64,000 bases of DNA from Promethearchaeota archaeon (lineage in GTDB: Archaea > Asgardarchaeota > Lokiarchaeia > Sigyniarchaeales > SOKP01), in assembly GCA_030599585.1 (NCBI GenBank), contig JAUVNS010000004.1:1-64000 (forward strand), read 5' to 3'. Made by a program: the position numbers and the translations under genes. A model generated the notes under the pieces. That model ran no database searches and had not been told where the DNA came from. It worked only from the letters and a program-made list of their open reading frames with translations. Below, one piece after another: positions 38,574 through 47,304 of this stretch; position 1 is the stretch's first letter, and each line of letters begins with the position of its first letter.

Positions 38574-40580
38574 ATGCCAAAAATGAGCGAAATCATAGTA
38601 TTTGATGCAAATTTCTTTATTTGTATGAACTCGATTAGAGCTAAAAATTTGCTCGGGAACCTCGATAGCGTTGCGTCTGATTTAGGTTTTGAGTATTATA
38701 TTAGCACGGTTGTATTTGATGAAATTAAAGCACCCCATACCTTCCGCGAAAAATTCCAGAAAATCATACATGTTGAGGAAATAACTGATTCTGAGATAAA
38801 AGCTGTTAAAACTAAACTTAGTTCTCAAGGCATTCGGTTTCCTGCTCAAGATCCTGATTTATCTTTGCTCTCATTATCGCAGAAATTGCTCGATAAAAAA
38901 AATAATCGACCTATTCATATTAATATGGTGTCTGACGACTTTAAGCTAGCTAAAAACGCTAATTTATACTTTCGCGGCAAAATCAATATTCTTTCACTTT
39001 CTAGTTTTTTACTAAAAATTCACAGAACGATTTCCAATAAACAGTTACGGAGCTATTTTAAAAATTTATGGAAAAAGAGTTTAAACTACACTTTATCGTA
39101 TATGATAGAGCGTTCCAAAATTTACCCTGCTGAAGAAAAGATAACATGGTTAATAGAGAAGGCAATAAGCGTAACACAAGACTCTATTTTAACTCAAGAC
39201 GCACATTATATTGATAGCCAGAAAGGTCCCGTAAAATTTGAAATAGGGGCAAGCAAATACGAACAAGAAATAGCAATATGCGAGAAATATATTGAAGACC
39301 ATAATATAGCAAATAGCGAAGAAGAGTTAATAGCGGGGATATTAAATTTCCTTGAAAACTTAAAGATATCTCGTGAATATGTAAAGCAAGCTCGTAAAGC
39401 AATTGAAAAACACGATTCTAAGAATGCGGTAAAATATTTAAAGAAAGGTAATGGTTTCTTGATTTCACTATTGCAGATTGCTTCCGGTCAACTAACAAAT
39501 TTAAAAGATTATGATATCGTTGAAAAATTAATCTGTAGCGAGATTTCGAAGATGGAATTCCTAAGAGCCTTTATATTAATTTCTTTAGGGAGGGTTAATA
39601 ATGCTATAGACTCTTTAGAAAGAGCTGCTTTATTTTCTACAATAATCCATAATCACCAAACATGCTTAACTTTAAATTATGTAAAAGCCTTAATCCTGCT
39701 ATTTCATGGGCTATACAACAACGCGATTATGGCTTATAATTTTACAGAGGAGCTTGCTGATATATATAACGACGAAAGGCTTAAACTTAAGTGTGCGATT
39801 GGAAAATCTATTGCTATCTATATTAAAGGAGATGATAGCGAGACTGCTATGGCGATTATGGATGAAATTGCTAACATGGATATGGAAAAGAATTTCCTTG
39901 ATACCATTATTGTTTTTAGTGAACTGGGTGATTATTTCTTAGCTTTAGGGCACTCACAATTGGCTGCGAATCTTTACAACGAGGCTTTAGAAATTAGCAT
40001 TGATTATAAATTAAAAATTAGAAGCGATATATTAATAGAAAAATTAAAACGAGCTTATATTGCTACGGTCCTCAATGGATATTCAACTGAAGATATTATG
40101 GTTGATAAATTAGATCTTTTGCTGAATAAGGCTTATTCGGTAAAAGATGTTGAAAAATACAATGAGCAAATCAAGAAAATCTCAAGTTTTAACATTCTAT
40201 TTTATACGCCCTTTCCTTACATTTCTGGGAAAAAAAAGATTGTCCCTTTTACCAAACTTCCTAAAGAACTCCAAGAAGATTACTTAGAAGTAGTCCATTT
40301 TGAGAAGCTAAAAAGCACTAAGACCTCAAAATATCTTTTCATTGTCTCTCATTATGAATTGGGATTGTTAGGCGTCATTCTCAAAACTGATGAAAACATT
40401 TTGGGAATCGCTGAGAATTATTCTCTTAAATTTAAGCCTACATCTAGGCTCAAAATATACAATCCTAGCGAAGTATTGAGAGACACCTATTTAATTAGAG
40501 CGATTATCGAAGTTGTGAAAATAAATGAATGCGAGATCATTTACTCTTTACCTTCGTTCTTTAAAGCCCTGAATATATAA
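38574..40580 (+). CDS. PIN-domain protein with TPR-like helical repeats
   Basis: PIN acidic tetrad in VFDAN, FDEI, DPDL and VSDD; TPR-like LGRVNNAIDSLERA and LGHSQLAANLYNEA. Confidence 0.75.
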   Translation: MPKMSEIIVFDANFFICMNSIRAKNLLGNLDSVASDLGFEYYISTVVFDEIKAPHTFREKFQKIIHVEEITDSEIKAVKTKLSSQGIRFPAQDPDLSLLSLSQKLLDKKNNRPIHINMVSDDFKLAKNANLYFRGKINILSLSSFLLKIHRTISNKQLRSYFKNLWKKSLNYTLSYMIERSKIYPAEEKITWLIEKAISVTQDSILTQDAHYIDSQKGPVKFEIGASKYEQEIAICEKYIEDHNIANSEEELIAGILNFLENLKISREYVKQARKAIEKHDSKNAVKYLKKGNGFLISLLQIASGQLTNLKDYDIVEKLICSEISKMEFLRAFILISLGRVNNAIDSLERAALFSTIIHNHQTCLTLNYVKALILLFHGLYNNAIMAYNFTEELADIYNDERLKLKCAIGKSIAIYIKGDDSETAMAIMDEIANMDMEKNFLDTIIVFSELGDYFLALGHSQLAANLYNEALEISIDYKLKIRSDILIEKLKRAYIATVLNGYSTEDIMVDKLDLLLNKAYSVKDVEKYNEQIKKISSFNILFYTPFPYISGKKKIVPFTKLPKELQEDYLEVVHFEKLKSTKTSKYLFIVSHYELGLLGVILKTDENILGIAENYSLKFKPTSRLKIYNPSEVLRDTYLIRAIIEVVKINECEIIYSLPSFFKALNI

Positions 40581-40601
40581 TTTAAAGCTCTGAATATCTA
40601 A
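40560..40601 (+). repeat. Tandem 21-bp duplication of the gene 3' end (FKALNI* twice)
   Basis: TTTAAAGCCCTGAATATATAA followed by TTTAAAGCTCTGAATATCTAA. Confidence 0.9.
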
Positions 40602-40732
40602 TTTGAGTGTATTGAAGAAGAATGGGTTATTGGTTATTCAAAAAATTTTCTAATTAGGTCAAGATTACCGAATATGCGTTGTTGTTTTATAAACTGGTAA
40701 TTACTTTGAAGTAAATAAGGAGGAAGTGGTTA

Positions 40733-41143
40733 ATGGCTAAGAAGAAGAGTAGCAAAAGTAGTAGTAATGATAACAAAAAATGTGCAAATTGTGGTAAACT
40801 CGTTAAGTCCTATTCCTATGGGTATTACTGTAGCTCATGTGCAGAAGAAATTTGGGATCGGGGTTTTGACTCAACAACACAGCATGCCGAGGAGTTATAT
40901 GAACAAGACTTGAAAGAAAATAAGGAGATCAATAAAAAAATCAATAAAGGCAATATTAGTTATAATATCGTTCGAAATTTGATCGGATATAAGTCAGGAA
41001 CTTTTCGCTGTTCAAAATGTAATAAATTAAGACTGGAATGGATTCATTTCCCTAATTCACCCATCAAAGACGAGAAACTTCGATTATTGCTTAAAACACC
41101 CTGTCGTAAATGTAAGGTGGTGGGTTTTTTAAATTTTTCTTGA
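40733..41143 (+). CDS. Small double zinc-finger protein
   Basis: CANC/CSSC and CSKC/CRKC pairs; strong SD AGGAGG. Confidence 0.7.
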   Translation: MAKKKSSKSSSNDNKKCANCGKLVKSYSYGYYCSSCAEEIWDRGFDSTTQHAEELYEQDLKENKEINKKINKGNISYNIVRNLIGYKSGTFRCSKCNKLRLEWIHFPNSPIKDEKLRLLLKTPCRKCKVVGFLNFS

Positions 41144-41401
41144 AGCTTTACTCCGTTGAGAAACTTGATGACTATGAACAGCGCAACTTATACAGTAATA
41201 TTTTTTCGTACTTGCAGACATAATAATCGTCCCAGTCTTCTTTAATTCGCTGAACATGCGCCCGTCAACCAAATTGGTTCGTTGCGTTACTGCCTTAGCC
41301 TTACTCCGTGGAACCCTTCGTCCACATTTACTGCATTGAACCGTCTTATAACTTCCCTTACTTGAGCCGGTTTTACCGCCACTTCTTCTCTTCTTAGGAA
41401 T
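41129..41401 (-). CDS. rps26e: 30S ribosomal protein eS26 (ATT start; not in ORF track)
   Basis: Hand translation (M)PKKRRSGGKTGSSKGSYKTVQCSKCGRRVPRSKAK...YYCISCAVHSHQVSQRS. Confidence 0.95.
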   Translation of the reverse strand: MPKKRRSGGKTGSSKGSYKTVQCSKCGRRVPRSKAKAVTQRTNLVDGRMFSELKKTGTIIMSASTKKYYCISCAVHSHQVSQRSKASRKI

Positions 41402-41537
41402 TAATAATCAGCTTTTTTCTATAAGTAATTGTGTTCTATTTCTAAGACTTTGAATAATGCAAACCTTAAAAAATTTTTCTTCCCTTAGGAGCTTAGCAAG
41501 TATTAATTCTCTTAGGGTTTTCTTTCAAAAAAAGTAG

Positions 41538-42221
41538 TTATTTTTTATCGTGCGTTTCAATCTTACTTATTTCTTTAAAAGAAAATACTAATCTTTGTGC
41601 TATTGTCAAAATTAGTAGTCCTGTAAAGATTATCGTGAATATCGGGAAAAAAAGTTCGAAAGGAGCTCCATAAAATAGGTTGGATAAGAAAAAAATCCAA
41701 AATTCTGCAATAAAGGCAAACCATAAAATGATTAATCTTTCAGCTCTTTCCATAAAGCCCACGCCTTTCATCACAATTCCCTCATTTTCCGCTCTGGAGC
41801 GAATATAAGAAATCATAATAATTAAGAATAGTATCGTATATCCAATTATATAATTAAAATATCCCCCTATTATTAATCCAAAGACTATAATGGCATCAGA
41901 AAGGCGATCTAAGTTCGAATCTAAAAATGCTCCTGAATTGGAAATTTTCTGAGTCATCCGGGCTACTTCTCCATCGAACACATCAAAAGCACCCGCCCAA
42001 AACATAAAAAATGGGACGATCCAAGCTATAGGAAAGGGAAAATGTAACCCTCCTAATGAGAGTAAAATAGCAACCGCTATTGAACAGAAGAAGCCACTAA
42101 ATGAAAGTATATTTGGAGTAAATCCCCATTTAACTAACATTTTAGCCGGGAGCTCGACAAATATTTCTAAAATTCTTCTCTGATTGCTCCTTTTATCAGT
42201 GGCTTGTTCAATTTTGCTCAA
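41538..42221 (-). CDS. CDP-alcohol phosphatidyltransferase (archaetidylinositol-phosphate synthase-like)
   Basis: TPN, DVFDGEVAR...GAFLDSNLDRLSD, SYIRSRAE and MERAER. Confidence 0.9.
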   Translation of the reverse strand: MSKIEQATDKRSNQRRILEIFVELPAKMLVKWGFTPNILSFSGFFCSIAVAILLSLGGLHFPFPIAWIVPFFMFWAGAFDVFDGEVARMTQKISNSGAFLDSNLDRLSDAIIVFGLIIGGYFNYIIGYTILFLIIMISYIRSRAENEGIVMKGVGFMERAERLIILWFAFIAEFWIFFLSNLFYGAPFELFFPIFTIIFTGLLILTIAQRLVFSFKEISKIETHDKK

Positions 42222-42285
42222 TATTTAATCCTAATTATGTTTTGACGATAATACAATTTAAAAGTACTCTAAAATAAAAAATTTA

Positions 42286-42885
42286 TCATACTAATAATTG
42301 CAGATTTATTTTAATTAATCGAATCGTAGAAGATGCTAAATATGAGCGATTTCCAAGACTTATCTCTACCAAATTCAACTTTTTCAATTCTTTATCGTTT
42401 AGAAGATCACCACTTTGATCTCCTAGAATAAACAGCAAATTATCCTTTGAACTCAGTTCCTCAAAAATTTCTTTAAAATCCATTCCATCCTCATTTAATA
42501 CAAATGCTTTATATTTTTTTTCGACGAAATTTTTAATAGCGTCAATAATATCTAATTTTGAGTATTTTATTGAGTCTAATGGCGTTTCAGGATGCTTTTC
42601 TTCTTTTTTCGTTTTTTTGATAAATTCTACAAAGAAATCCGTTAGAAGAATTTCGTTTTTTGGGAAACTTTCATCATTGAACAGATCAGAGTCAAAGACA
42701 AACGTTCCATACTTATCCAGAAAAATCCATATTTGAATATTTTTTTCAAGATCTGTGTCAATTGTAAGCGCTGATAAAATACATCTTGAGATTACGTCAA
42801 GTCTTCCAGATGATCCGGGGATATCTTTAATCGTATACCTGCTAATGTTAGCTGTAGAAGATTTTATGAAGAAAATTAAGTTCAT
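42286..42885 (-). CDS. trmY: tRNA pseudouridine-54 N1-methyltransferase (SPOUT)
   Basis: DIPGSSGRLDVISRC, FILGD and ISLG..SYLAS. Confidence 0.8.
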   Translation of the reverse strand: MNLIFFIKSSTANISRYTIKDIPGSSGRLDVISRCILSALTIDTDLEKNIQIWIFLDKYGTFVFDSDLFNDESFPKNEILLTDFFVEFIKKTKKEEKHPETPLDSIKYSKLDIIDAIKNFVEKKYKAFVLNEDGMDFKEIFEELSSKDNLLFILGDQSGDLLNDKELKKLNLVEISLGNRSYLASSTIRLIKINLQLLV

Positions 42886-42994
42886 TAATTTAAGATGAAA
42901 CTATTTGATTTAAATTGGTATTATAAACCTGAGAGTATACCATATGAATAAATTTTTTGTTTTTCAGAAGTGAAGTCTCCTCTGAAATTACAGT

Positions 42995-43303
42995 TTATTC
43001 TAATTTTTTTTTCTTAAAGCGTGTAATTAGATAAAATGTGCCCATCAATACTGTTATTGAAAGAACAACGCCGACGATTCCAGCAACATAATCGTTAGTA
43101 ATCCAACTTAAGAAAGGAATCCAGGGAGAAAACAAATTTTCAAGCCATTCTTCACCATAATAATCTATTAAAACTCTTTCTAACCCATCAGGATTTTCAG
43201 AGAGAAATCCAATTGTAAAACCTACCGCTATAACAGACATTAGAGCAATGACTATTATTAAAATTGTGATTAAAGGCCATTTATTTCTTTTTATTATGCT
43301 CAT
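42995..43303 (-). CDS. PDGLE-domain component of Co/Ni ECF transporter
   Basis: SENPDGLE between two TM helices, directly after cbiM. Confidence 0.88.
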   Translation of the reverse strand: MSIIKRNKWPLITILIIVIALMSVIAVGFTIGFLSENPDGLERVLIDYYGEEWLENLFSPWIPFLSWITNDYVAGIVGVVLSITVLMGTFYLITRFKKKKLE

Positions 43304-43305
43304 TT

Positions 43306-43977
43306 TTATTTCACCTTCAGTATTGATTCAGTTGTAATAAAATCAGGCTTAGTTTTATAAATATAAAACACAATAAGAGCAGAGATTATTGCTTCACCAA
43401 TTCCTATTAGGATATGCCAAAAAACCATAGCCGGAACTGCAATTTCAATTGGAATTGTGCCACTAATACCAATTTCAATGCCACATATGAAAGAAGCTAA
43501 CACTATCGATATATAAGATCCAATAGCGGTTGCGATTGTAACTTTTAATTCCTTTTTCAGTGATGTTTTATTAAAAAGCCTTACAAGCAACAACACTATA
43601 TAGAATCCTACAATACCACATATTATCCCCATATTAAAGGCATTCGGCCCTAAAGCAGTAATTCCTCCGTCCCCAAAAAGGCTTTGAATAACTAAGATTA
43701 AAAACAATACAATAACGGACGCCCAAGGACCAAGTATAATGGCTACTAGAGTACCTCCAACCAAATGGCCAGAAGTTCCTCCTGGAACAGGGTAATTAAC
43801 AAATTGAAACGCAAAAATAATTGCTGCCAATACTCCAATGTAGGGGATCATCTTTTCAGAATCTTCTTTTTCAAACATTTTGCCCATTCTAAAATATCCT
43901 AGAATCATAATCGCAATTGTAACAACCCAGAGCACGATAGTTGTTATAGGGTCTAATAATCCATCAGGTAGATGCAT
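43306..43977 (-). CDS. cbiM: Co/Ni ECF transporter S component
   Basis: MHLPDG N-terminus, GGTSGH and GDGG. Confidence 0.92.
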   Translation of the reverse strand: MHLPDGLLDPITTIVLWVVTIAIMILGYFRMGKMFEKEDSEKMIPYIGVLAAIIFAFQFVNYPVPGGTSGHLVGGTLVAIILGPWASVIVLFLILVIQSLFGDGGITALGPNAFNMGIICGIVGFYIVLLLVRLFNKTSLKKELKVTIATAIGSYISIVLASFICGIEIGISGTIPIEIAVPAMVFWHILIGIGEAIISALIVFYIYKTKPDFITTESILKVK

Positions 43978-44017
43978 TTTTTCTTTACCAATATTTTATT
44001 ATCGATTAATTTTTTTG

Positions 44018-44040
44018 GTATGAATAATATTTTATCATAA
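44018..44040. promoter_or_regulatory. Candidate metal-responsive operator GTATGA-n11-TCATAA
   Basis: Half-sites resemble the NikR GTATGA/TCATAC site but the spacer is shorter. Confidence 0.25.
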
Positions 44041-44175
44041 TTTAGTATTATTTATAAACGATATGATAATTTTATAATTTAATATGAAGTATCAATTTGG
44101 AGCCATTTGAGTTTCATAGAAGGAATATTCTAATGAGTTTCGTTAAATAATAGAAAGCTAAGGAGATAAAATAAA

Positions 44176-44979
44176 TTGGATATAGAATTACCTTTCAAAC
44201 ATGAAGATGAGAAAAATTTCTTAAATAAGATTCATCCTTTAATTCGATTCATTCTTCCGTTTATCTTAGTTGTACCCTTTCTTATTATAAACGATGTTTA
44301 TTTAGTAATTACGATTATTATTTTTGTTATATTTTTCAATTTAGTGTTTCGCCTACATCTATTAAATATTTTTTCAAAACTTAAAGCGTTAATTCCATTT
44401 ATACTTCTTATTACAATTTTTGTTCCTTTTTATGTTGGAAACACCGTACTCTTTCAATTAAACATTGGAATTCCACTAAATATTTATGTGGAAGGATTAG
44501 CTTATGCCTTAACTCTATTTTTTCGAATTATTGGGGCGGCGTTTGTATTCTTAACCTTTCTAACATCTTTAACTTATTCTGAATTTATTGAAGCATTAAC
44601 TAAATTAAGAGCAATTCCCTCATTTTTTGTAGGTAGTATTATTATCATGCTTCATTACATCCCAATTCTCGCAAAATCTAATAAAAAAGTACTAGAAGCA
44701 CAGGATTTAAGAGGAAAAAACTTTACATCGTATTGGCAAAGGCTTAAAACTCACGGGTTCATAATGGGAAAGAATGTAGTACACAATATGGAAAGAAGCG
44801 AAAAACTATACGAGAGTTTAAAAATGAGGGGATTTTCTGGTAAAATTACCTTTTCTTCAAAGAAGGTAAAATTAGCGGATATACTAATAGTAATGATATT
44901 TGTGTTTATTATGATTTCATTCATCTATTTTATCAATCTAGAACAGATATACATGGGGGTTTTTCAATTATTAGTCTAA
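44176..44979 (+). CDS. cbiQ: ECF transporter transmembrane (T) component
   Basis: KIHP, AQDLRG and SLKMRGF motifs. Confidence 0.88.
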   Translation: MDIELPFKHEDEKNFLNKIHPLIRFILPFILVVPFLIINDVYLVITIIIFVIFFNLVFRLHLLNIFSKLKALIPFILLITIFVPFYVGNTVLFQLNIGIPLNIYVEGLAYALTLFFRIIGAAFVFLTFLTSLTYSEFIEALTKLRAIPSFFVGSIIIMLHYIPILAKSNKKVLEAQDLRGKNFTSYWQRLKTHGFIMGKNVVHNMERSEKLYESLKMRGFSGKITFSSKKVKLADILIVMIFVFIMISFIYFINLEQIYMGVFQLLV

Positions 44980-45719
44980 TAGAAGTGGAAAAAATAAATT
45001 TTGAGTACAATTCAAGTTTTTCTCTTAACGATTTATCTTTAACCATAAAAGAAAATTCGATCTACGCTTTAACAGGGAATAACGGGTCTGGTAAAACTAC
45101 GTTTCTCAGGTTATTAGTTGGTTTACTAAAACCTAAATCTGGAACTATTAAAATTTTCAACGAACTCCTGACTAGAGATAAACAACAACTCTGGAGACTT
45201 AGACAAAAAATCGGATTTTTATTCCAAAACCCAGATGATCAATTATTTGCCCCAACTATAGGAGAGGATGTAGGTTTTGGAGCAAGAAATCTTGGACTTG
45301 AAGAGCCTGAAGTGAACAAGAGAGTTGAATGGGCGCTCGAAGCTGTTAATTTATCGCAATATACTAAAAGTTCTCCGTACGATTTATCCTGGGGACAGAA
45401 AAAACGAGCTGCTTTAGCAGGACTATTAGTAATGAAGCCTAAACTATTAATATTAGACGAACCCTTCGCAAATCTTGATTTTAAATCAATTTATAACCAC
45501 CTACAAATTTTTAAAACCCTTAAAAAAGAGCAAAAGATGACAATTTTATTTACTACTCACAATCTTTTTTTTATAGAACATTGGGCAGATAAAATGCTTG
45601 TATTAAACGATGGAAGGGCTATATTTGAAGGTCTTCCTAAGGATGGATTAAACCTTCCCAAAATCAAGCAATTATTGGGGTCGTATAACGAACTCTTAAC
45701 TCTTATCAACCAAAAGTAA
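44970..45719 (+). CDS. cbiO: ECF transporter ATPase (probable ATT start 44970; GTG 44985 in track)
   Basis: GNNGSGKT, FQNPDDQLF, LSWGQKKR and LDEP; upstream in-frame SLIE completes the first strand. Confidence 0.92.
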   Translation: MSLIEVEKINFEYNSSFSLNDLSLTIKENSIYALTGNNGSGKTTFLRLLVGLLKPKSGTIKIFNELLTRDKQQLWRLRQKIGFLFQNPDDQLFAPTIGEDVGFGARNLGLEEPEVNKRVEWALEAVNLSQYTKSSPYDLSWGQKKRAALAGLLVMKPKLLILDEPFANLDFKSIYNHLQIFKTLKKEQKMTILFTTHNLFFIEHWADKMLVLNDGRAIFEGLPKDGLNLPKIKQLLGSYNELLTLINQK

Positions 45720-45776
45720 TTTAGTTTTCCACTAAAATTGAATAAATTTTTTAATTTGTTCTTTTTATTATTACTT

Positions 45777-46093
45777 GGGAAAAACGATGATGGAACATTA
45801 GCATATTCGAGGACGTTTATGATAACCCGTGATTAAACGTGCAAAATAACTGCTTACATCCTAAGTTTATTAATCAAAACTTACTGCGTCAAAAATGGGC
45901 TCTTAATCAAGCTTTGGTATAACCTTGCGATGAGATTGGAGTCAGACCCAGCACGCAGATAGATTATGCCCCAAAAAGGCAAAGAAATTACCGCCTAACA
46001 CGAGAGAATATATTTGATGTTTATGGTATGACCATAAGATGATAAATATGTGTTAGTGTTTTAGGCAACAATACTTGCTGATTTTTTTGCCCC
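45777..46093 (+). ncRNA. Unclassified ~315-nt structured RNA candidate
   Basis: Basal stem plus five helical arms, G-U pairs favouring the + strand, TATA-like 45748-45755, U-rich 3' end, no ORF of 60 aa or more. Confidence 0.6.
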
Positions 46094-46137
46094 TTTTCTT
46101 TTAAGATATGATTCTGAGCCTCAGAGACCTCACGGGT

Positions 46138-46617
46138 CTATAAAAGACTTATCGAATCTGAGCTGAATAGCTCTTTTAATTCTTTATTCATTTCGCTTTG
46201 ATCTTCTTGTTGAAGATAGTTATTAAGAACCGAAGCAATTTTTTGTGAGTATTTGTTCATGATTGCTCTCACGAGTCCTATTTGAATATTTTTATCGGTT
46301 GCAATACATAAGATACCCTTCCCGACTTTTAGCGAAAAGATCATCCCTTTAAAATATTCAGTTATTTGTAAATGTATCTTTCCATACCCTAAGATATATC
46401 CTTGTTCCTCGCCAGCCGTAAATACAGCTCCTCCAATCGCACCTATTTTTTCAACAGAAATGTCTTCTTCGGTAGGAGACTTTAATATGAATTTTGATTC
46501 GCTCATTATAGTTATCCCCGTATCATCTATGATTATAGCATATTTCAAGCCGGGCGTGCTATGAATAATTTCCTTAAGTATTTTCTTTAATATGCGTTCA
46601 TCATTAGAATAACTCAA
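46138..46617 (-). CDS. Roadblock/LC7 (MglB/LAMTOR-like) protein
   Basis: TPGLKYAIIIDDTGITI, IGAIGGAVF...LGYG and IQIGLVR. Confidence 0.88.
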   Translation of the reverse strand: MSYSNDERILKKILKEIIHSTPGLKYAIIIDDTGITIMSESKFILKSPTEEDISVEKIGAIGGAVFTAGEEQGYILGYGKIHLQITEYFKGMIFSLKVGKGILCIATDKNIQIGLVRAIMNKYSQKIASVLNNYLQQEDQSEMNKELKELFSSDSISLL

Positions 46618-46782
46618 TAACCTTCAATACACCTTCTTTTTGAGCGATAATTCTTTTTCTTGAGTGCGTTTTTTATTTTAAAAAGAATTTATTTAAAGTA
46701 AACTCACTCACTTTAATATAAAAATAAAAATTAATCTATAAAAACTTAATTCACTCGAAATAGTTTTATGTTGCGCAACGAA

Positions 46783-47139
46783 TTAAAATAACTCTTGCGA
46801 CCTAATCAAAGTTTTTAAGGGTTTTACTCTGTTTTTATTATTTTTCGATTTTTCGAGTAAAATAAATAGTTTAAAGTTTTTCCCTTTGTCTATATCGAAT
46901 TTTAATTGGACCAGATTTGGATCATTTATTACTTCTTTATTCTCCTTATTCTTCGAGATTGCCCACAATGCTAATTTGTTCTCGTGAATCCAAAGCCGTT
47001 TTGAGATATTTGCGCCTATTGTAAATCCATTTCTATCAGTGATAACGCCCGCAACAAAGTTAGGAAAGTTTATTTTAATCTTATGTAAAAAATAATTAAC
47101 TTCCATTTGATTTATCAATCTAACATTTTCCTGTTTCAT
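46783..47139 (-). CDS. Divergent roadblock-like protein
   Basis: FPNFVAGVITDRNGFTIGA matches the roadblock N-terminal pattern; ATG 47139 preferred. Confidence 0.55.
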   Translation of the reverse strand: MKQENVRLINQMEVNYFLHKIKINFPNFVAGVITDRNGFTIGANISKRLWIHENKLALWAISKNKENKEVINDPNLVQLKFDIDKGKNFKLFILLEKSKNNKNRVKPLKTLIRSQELF

Positions 47140-47304
47140 ACCAAATAACCTATCAAAATCAATTGATTTATAGATAAAAAGTGAAAAAAACAATTGAAAA
47201 AAACGTGTGATATCACGATATCATTCATGTTCAATTAAAAACAATTCACAAAGAAAAATCGCAATTAGTCAAAAGAAAAAGGGTCCTTCTTGGTATTACA
47301 TATT

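Noticed and set aside
45777-46093. Identification of the RNA as tmRNA, RNase P, SRP, SECIS or cobalamin riboswitch
   Set aside because: No tRNA-like acceptor/T arm or short tag ORF; no valid P4 pairing or GAGGAAAGUCC; no SRP helix-8 motif; no apical AA or UGA-containing gene; B12-box similarity is only fragmentary.
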